Assembly (NCBI GenBank): GCA_964016885.1
Contig: OZ024743.1
Coordinates: 162,440,001 to 162,504,000, forward strand
Reading direction: 5' to 3'
DNA: 64,000 nt
From: Eledone cirrhosa
Taxonomy: Eukaryota
The position numbers and the translations under genes were made by a program. Below are positions 53,459-64,000 of the stretch, in pieces. The notes under the pieces were generated by a model. The model was not told where the DNA came from. It was given only the letters and a program-made list of their open reading frames with translations, and did not search any database. How positions within the stretch are numbered: position 1 is the first letter of the stretch; each line of letters opens with the position of its first letter.

Positions 53459-54367
53459 CTAGCAGTAAAGCCCGGCATTGCTCGGGGCTGCTCAGTAGCT
53501 GTGTTAAAGTTACAATGTTAAGTTCCTTTCTTGGCTTAAAAACTGTAGAGTCTACAGTGTAGACTTTCATGTGGTACTTTTGATTAATATTCCCTCAACC
53601 AACAGTATGCCTTATGAAGTTAAGAAAACATAACCATAACCCGAATGTTAAAACAAATCAGGATGCTGGGGATAAAAACTGCACTGGTAACAAAAATCGA
53701 AAATCTAAACACTGCAACACTTGTCTCAGAGAAAAACATCAGCGTAACCAAAATATCAGTTATTTTGAAACAAAGAAATTGGATGGACATGAAAAACACA
53801 AAAAAAAACAAAAAAAAATGCGTTATCTGTCGTTTAAAATCATTGCTTCTAAATGAAAATCTCATAAGGCTTTATACGAGATTATATATATAGATCAATG
53901 CTTTTTTTACAAAATATTTACTTGTTTTACGGTGTATTCAAATAGGCTTGTTTTCAAGTAAAAATATTGTTTTAAAAGACTTTTTAATGGAAATGAAGCA
54001 AAATGGAAGCTTAATGTTGAAACTTCAAACTCATGAATTTTGCAGGTTAAAATTTTGCTGGCCCGAAAACTGTTCGCGTATTTTTGTACGCGTAGTTTGT
54101 TCGATAAACAGATGACGCCATCAAAGGGAAATAACTCGTCTCTCGTCTCTATTTATACATTTGAACTGAAAAATCAATACATTACAAATTCGATTTTTGC
54201 ACTTGGCGTGGGTCGATTTGAAAAATGTTTTGACCGATGTCTCCGCCGGACCTTCATCTATAAGTGTAGCAATTGCACCGAAATTTGAACGTACGGTTTA
54301 AGAGGAGATGTGTGCCGACCGTTTTAGTAGACAGACAGACAGACAACCTCAGTTTTATATATAGAGA
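53459..54367 (-). mobile_element. Non-autonomous Helitron nested in the large Helitron
   Basis: Minus strand 5' TCTCTATATATAAAA..GTCTGTCTG; 3' CCCG-agcaatgc-CGGG...CTAG; inserted at A|T of tttattta|ttatttttacaca, with an empty paralogous site near 53280. Confidence 0.9.
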
Positions 54368-55009
54368 TTATTTTTACACATTTCTTAACTCTCCCAATGT
54401 TATTAATCTTTTATTTATTTTTTGTTTGCTTTTGTGTAGAGGATGAGAGAGAGAAAGAAAGAGAGGAGATGAGAAAGAGAAAGGGAGTGAGGCGGATGGG
54501 GAGAGAAAGACAATAAGAAAAGAGAAAAGATGGGAGAGAAAAAAAGTAAAGAGGCAGGAGAGAGTGAGGATGATTGGAGGGATTATTTAACTAACCTATG
54601 TCCGCGTTTATATATATATTTACACATACATATGTGTTCGGGGTGTGTGGGAGGGGGTGGGTAGAGCGTTCTTTAGCAGACGATATATGTTACCATCAAA
54701 ACTTATTTTCTTCGTATGTCTAAAGAAATCAGATGCTTTTATAGAAGTATATATGTATGTATTTAACAGACGGAAAAAAAACGGTATTTTTAAAAGATAT
54801 TATTTGAATATATTATTTTCCGCTGGTATTTGAATTAATACAGAAAATATTTTTTTTGTAGTGTTTGTCGTTTTTTTTATACAATCTGAAATACAAATAT
54901 TTTCTACATATGTCTCAAATAAATTACACCTAATATACATTCATATAAAGAGATCATTTAAAACAACTTTACTGGGTTGTTTCTATTTCGGAAAGAGTGT
55001 GGTGTGTAA

Positions 55010-55078
55010 TAATTGTTTCTACTTTTGGCATAAGGCCAGCAATTATTCCAGTGCATTACTGGTACTTTATTTTATCGT
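55010..55078 (-). mobile_element. tRNA-SINE 3' fragment just upstream of the Helitron ORF
   Basis: aattgtttctacttttggcataaggccagcaatt..gtactttattttatcg. Confidence 0.8.
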
Positions 55079-55082
55079 TCAA

Positions 55083-58000
55083 ATGCCTAGAAAACGTTCC
55101 AGATCATTATATGGAAGGTCATCTTCAGAGGCTAAGAGAAAGAAAACAGCGATCTGAAGAAAGTGAAGAAGTTCGGCATGCCCGTCTAACTGCTAACAGA
55201 GACCAAACAGCTTTAGCACGAGCACACTGCTGCTACACGAGAACAACAAATTAAGGAACAGCACAGCAGCAAATCAGACGAAATGATAATCAAGCATATC
55301 GTTCTACTGCCCGAGCAGGAGAACAAGCCACAAGTAAAATGAACTGGCTTTTTCTTATGACCCTCAAAAGGACTACAGCAGTAATCCACAAATCAACATT
55401 GGGAAAATGAACAAATGCTGCCAGTATTGTGGTGCCAAGAAGTGGGCAGCAGAAACACCAAGTTTATGCTTCCCAAAAGGCAAAGTGAGCCTTAAAACAA
55501 TACAAGAACCTCCTGAATTTCTGAAGAATCTGCTCCTTCAGGATACACCAGAAGCACGACACTTCAATAAATACATCATAAAATATAATTCTGCCTTTCA
55601 AATGACATCTTTTGGGGCTGACAGGAATGTCACTGACTTTAGATTCTGTACAACTTATAAAATTCAGGGACAGTGTTACCACTTAATGGGTGGCCTTCTG
55701 CCACTTTCACAGGACCCTCACAAATTTGTGCAGGTTTACTTCATGGGTGGAAATGAAACACAGGCACAACAAAGATGTACCAATGTCCATGGTGGATTGC
55801 AGTTCTACAGTCATAAAGTTACAAGAAATTATTCACCAACATCGCATGTACGTCAGTGTATTTAAATATGCACTGGGCATAAAATCATCATTAGGGCAGA
55901 CAAACGCCCAGCTTCAGAACATGAACGCAGATTCAATGCACCTGTCACTGATGAAGCTGCAATCATAATGGTTGATAAACAGCATGAATGACGTGACATT
56001 GTTTTGCAAAAACGCAGTGGACATTTGGAGCGAATTTGTGAAACTCATAGAGCTTATGATTCACTCCAATATCCGTTCATCTTTTGGAATGGTCAAGATG
56101 GATATCATTTTCAGCTACGGCAGATCAATCAGCTGCAAAGAATTCTATGCTTATCATTTCATAGTACGTGATCACTTCAACCAAGTTCTGCGATTCAATG
56201 GTGGACATGTATGCCAAAATTGAAACAGAAAGATTGGGTTTTCTGCGAAGGAATCAAACTAAGTTGAGGGCAGATAACTACATCCACCTTAGAGATGCCA
56301 TCAATTCTGATGTTGACCCAAGCAATATTGGCCAGCCAGTCATACTACCATCAAGCTTCACGGGAGGACCCCGTATGCAATGACCTATGTCAGAAAATTT
56401 GGTCGGCCGGATCTCTTCATTACATTTACATGCAATTCAAACTGGTCAGAAATATCAAATGAATTATTTCAAAATCAAAACCAAAGGATCGACCTCATTG
56501 CTCGGGATTTCCATGAAAAGCAACAAAAAAAACTCATCTGGCTCCTAAAAGAAGGAAGAATCTTTGGTGAACTTAGTGCCTGGATGATCACTATTGAGTG
56601 ACAGAAGAGAGGTCTTCCTCACTCTCACACACTAATCTGATGCAAGGAGAAGATAAGACCAGATGATGTTGATAAGATCATTTCAGCAGAGTTGCCTGAT
56701 AAAGGTGGTGATCCAGAGCTCTTTGAAACCATCAATCCAAACTCATTCATGGTCCACGTGGAGTCATCAATCCAGCCTCTCCCTGCATGAAAGATCAAAA
56801 ATACAGCAAACATTATTCTAGAGCTTTTATTCGGGAAACTCGGACTGACAATAATGGATACCCCTTTTACCAGAACATGGAGGCAATACTGCAAGCCTAA
56901 CAGTTCGGGGAGAGGAGCTGACCATAAACAATCACTGGGTCGTCCCACACAACAAATTGTTGTGTAAACTTTTAAAAGCTCATATCATTGTTGAGTATTG
57001 CAGCTCCGTCAAAGCAATCCTATATGTCACAAAATATATCAACAAGGGCAGAGACATGGCTACCTTTATTACTGACAAAGAACTCAATGATGGTGGGCTG
57101 GATGAGGTCAAACCGTATCAAACAGGTCGATACATCTCCAGCAATGAAGCTATCTGGCGAATCTTTGGATTTGATATCCATCAACGCCACCCAACAGTGG
57201 TCAACCTTGCAGTCCATATGGAAAATGGACAGAGAGTGTACTTCACTGAGATCACTGCTTATCAGTTGGCAAAAGCATCACATGACACTACACTAACTGC
57301 TTTCTTTAAACTCTGCCAGAATGATGAATTTGCTCGATCCCTCCTATATGCTGAAGTCCCAACATACTACACCTGGACTAATTACAAGACCTGGAATCAA
57401 AGAAAACAGTGCCATTTAGTGGAAGGTCATGAAGTCAAGTCAAGTGATACTATTGGGCGTGTTTACAATGTCCATCCCAACAACAGAGAATGTACTTATT
57501 TACGGCTACTTCTGCATACTGTTCGAGGACCAACGTCATTTGAGGATCTTAGGTGCTTCAGAGGAAGGGAGTGCGCAACATACAAAGAAGAATGTAAACA
57601 GCATGGACTACTGCATGACAATGGACACTGGAAGAATTGCCTAAAAGAAGCAGCAATCACTCAAGTAACCAGCCAAATAAGACAATTATTTGCTATTACG
57701 TTCACAGCATGTGGAATTGATGAAGCTCATCTACTCTAGCAGGAGTACAAAAACAATATGTCGGACGACTATCTACACCTAGCCCGAAGACAATATGTAT
57801 ATGGCAATATGTATATGGAATATACCCCCCAGGATTTACAATCAAGCTCTCTGTGACCTGTCCCATCGAGTTCAGGCAATGAATAGCACATTAGCTAACT
57901 GCGGGATGCCAGAGCCAGATGAAGAAATAGAGGTAGCACAAGACATTTTTCGGGAGACAAACTACGATATTCAAGCATTGCGTAAGTTTGTGGATGAAAA

Positions 58001-59344
58001 TGAACTTCCATTGATGGATGACCAGAAATACGCCTACCACAACATCATCGAAAACATTCAAAATGACAGGGGAGGACTTTTCTTCATCGATGCTCCTGCT
58101 GGCACAGGCAAGACATTCCTCATAAACCTCCTGCTTGTAGAAGTTCGCCAAAAGCAACATATTGCCCTTGCTGTGGCTTCAAGTGGCATTGCAGCAACAC
58201 TTCTGGATGGAGGAAGAACTGCACACTCCATGTTTAAGCTGCCTATAGATCTCACACGGCATAAACAATCTTCTTGCAACAAGAAGAACTCACCCAAGGG
58301 CAAGCCTCTGCAAACATACAAGATGATAATTTGGGATGAAGCTACTATGAGCCATAAAGGAGCAATTGAAGCTTTGGACCGGACGATAAGGGATCTGAGA
58401 GAAAATAGTTGCATAATGGGAGGAGTGACAATGGTTCGTGCTGGTGATTTCAGACAAACTCTGCCTGTAATTCTTCGAGGGACTCGAGCTGATCAGGTCA
58501 ATGCCTGTCTGAAAACATCCTATCTCTGGCTCCACTTTCAGCTGCTGAGCCTTACAACCAACATGCGAGTGTACTTAACTGGTGACGAAAGTGTCAGTGA
58601 GTTTGCCATCCAACTACTTAAATTGGGAAATGGACTTCTTGAAAAGGACTCCAATGACCATATTCAGTTGTCATTTGGCCATATCCTTGACACAGAACAA
58701 GAACTGATTGCCAGAGTGTTTCCAAACATTCAGACCAGGAAATGTGATCCGAAATGGCTCTGTGAACGAGCAATCTTAGCACCTAAAGAAATCAACAAAG
58801 GCTGCTGGAGATGTTACCGGGAGAGAAAATATGCTACAAATCAGTTGACAAAATCACTTCTCAAGACCAGGTTATAAACTATCCAACTGAATTTTTGAAC
58901 AGTCTTGAACAAGCGGGAATTCCTCCACACAACCTGATACTGAAGCTTGGAGCATCGGTTATGCTACTTCGCAATCTGGATCCTCCAAAACTTTGTAATG
59001 TAATCATCATAAAAAATATGATGTCCAATGTTCTAGAAGTTGCAATCATGTCAAGAAAATTTGCTGGTGACAATTGTTTCATTCCCAGAATACCTCTGAA
59101 GCCAACTGATTTGCCATTTGAATTTCAAAGACTTCAATTTCCAATCAGACTCAGTTTTGCCATGACCATTAATAAATCTCAAGGGCAATCATTGAAAGTC
59201 GTTGGGTTGAATCTGGCAGATCCTGTTTTTTCGTATGGTCAACTCTATGTTGGCACAACAAGAGTTTGGAACCCTTATTGTCTCTTCATTGAGGTACCAC
59301 AGGGCAAAACCAAGAATGTTGTTTATCGAGAGGCTTTGGAATGA
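55083..59344 (+). pseudogene. Helitron RepHel (HUH Rep + PIF1 helicase) pseudogene
   Basis: C-x2-C..CFPKGKV, YNSAFQMTSFG, ILPSSFTGGPR, PDLFITFTCN, IE*QKRGLPHSH, YVTKYINKG, APAGTGKTF, IWDEATM, GDFRQTLP, QFPIRLSFAMTINKSQGQS; multiple frameshifts and stops. Confidence 0.95.
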
Positions 59345-59946
59345 GCAATGTCGTAATTCCTCATTCAATGACAATACACACAGATCCTGCTTCCTTAGTC
59401 ATGTAGTTTGCAAGGAATTCTGAAGCCGCAAATTTACTGCATGGTGTTACTTTGGAAGAATATGCAGGCATTCCAGGGTACCTCTGCTATATAAAGTAGT
59501 ATACGTGAGGACTTTGTTGGGTAGAAATAACAGCCAAATTTCCTTCAAATCCCACCTTACTTTCTCAGGTATGTATATATGTATGAAGCAAAAAGGAATA
59601 GTTCTATGTGATAACTCGATCTACTAGAAATATTAGCAAAATCCATTTCAAATCACAAACAACTGTCTTACACACATACGTGTGTGTTTATGTATCTATG
59701 TATGTCATGTGAGCCACTATAACTGTTGGTATAGCTAATAGAAATAGAAAACAAATCCCCCTCAAACAAGATCCTACTGCCATAGAGGCAAAGATTGGTG
59801 AAAGCTACAGTGTACACATTTAAATACACTTTCCCCGAATTACATAAATGAGTAAGTAAATACTTCAATCAATCATAAACCAATGCTAAATTTATGGTTT
59901 TTAAAATAGTCTTTACATGTTGTTTGAATTTCAGAGGTTCAGATTA

Positions 59947-59977
<31 letters not shown>

Positions 59978-60350
59978 GAAAAAGATAAATGAAAAAAATC
60001 TAAATGTATTTGTTTGGTCATGCCCATTTAACTGACAACAGACGCAATGATTCATCTATGAGTAAAGCATTATATATGCTGACTGTAATAGGGAGCAGTA
60101 TTCAAAAAATCACCACTGGAAAAAAACTAATATTTTTATCTAGATGATTTACTTTGACCAAACGGCAATAAATATTCTGCTATAATTCCTACTTTGGTTA
60201 AAATTCAGCAATCATATTTGAATGGTGGTCACATATTTTGTAATGTGTGCCAAATATATTGTAACTTTCATAAAATACCCGGGTATCACCGGGTAGCTCA
60301 GCTAGTAATGAGATAAATAAAGATGATCTAAAGTAACTAGCTTTTGTTTA

Positions 60351-63428
<3,078 letters not shown>

Positions 63429-64000
63429 TCAGTAGCACTGCCAGGCCAGGCATTTCTGGAAGTTGTCCATAGGCCCCGGCCCGAAAGATCTTCCGAAGAG
63501 ATTGGCTAGTTGATTTTCGTCGACGCCTAGAGGTTCCCCAAGTACGTCGTCGCTCTTCCCCTCCACTAATCCTCTATAGAACGCCAAGGTGGAGTTTCCA
63601 CCGATCACGTTGCCCGAATGGTCGAGGGCTGTGAGTGCCTGAAGACATACCAATCTCCAAGCGCTCCCTCTCGGTCTTCGCTTGACCCAGGACTGCAGCT
63701 CCGTCAAGGAGAAGAGCTGGGGGAAGACGCGTCTAGCAAACGGCGACCACACCTGACCACCGTCGAGGAAGAGGTGGAGATGTCGTAGCCTGAGCGCGTG
63801 ACTGCACATCCTCAGCCACGGCATGCCCAGCCATCCACGTAGCGGGTGTTGACAGCAGATGGACCGCCTGACCATCGGAGCGCGCCCCTTCCACAAAAAG
63901 CGAAAGAGCAAACGCTCCAGCGCAGTCAGGCGAGGCTTAGGACAAGGTACGACGGTCAGGCGGTAGTAGATGACGGACGCGATGTACGCGTTCGCCACCT
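63429..64000 (-). mobile_element. L1/Tx1-like ORF2 fragment (runs off the window)
   Basis: VANAYIASVIYYRL..LERLLFRFLWKG..LGMP..DNFQKCLAWQCY; paralogous to 40440-41010. Confidence 0.85.

Larger units (their letters stand above)
52727..60305 (+). mobile_element. Near-complete Helitron
   Basis: 5' TC after A; Rep-helicase pseudogene; 3' hairpin CCCGG-gtatca-CCGGG then CTAG at 60302-60305 followed by T. Confidence 0.85.

Overview
AT-rich, microsatellite-dense animal DNA, probably from a cephalopod such as an octopus (inferred only from the repeat landscape). No host protein-coding exon could be supported, and almost all short ORFs are microsatellite artefacts. The window is a nest of decayed transposable elements: several Penelope-like elements (PLE; RT + C-terminal GIY-YIG) sitting in (TA)n/(CA)n tracts; a near-complete 7.6-kb Helitron (Rep-PIF1 pseudogene) plus four or five non-autonomous Helitrons; L1/Tx1-, R4/Dong-, CRE- and RTE-type LINE remnants; tRNA-derived SINEs; and a TA-flanked MITE. 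The most striking structure is non-coding. More than 15 hammerhead-ribozyme (HHR) motifs are present, and at least eight insertions share one fold-back architecture: (TA)n - inverted arm - loop - arm - unique tail - (TA)n. Most of these carry HHR parts that read outward, and the arms co-vary within each copy. Several tails share a motif, and one PLE end has telomerase-like reiterated copies of its 3' terminus. Coordinates were read by eye and may be off by a few bases.
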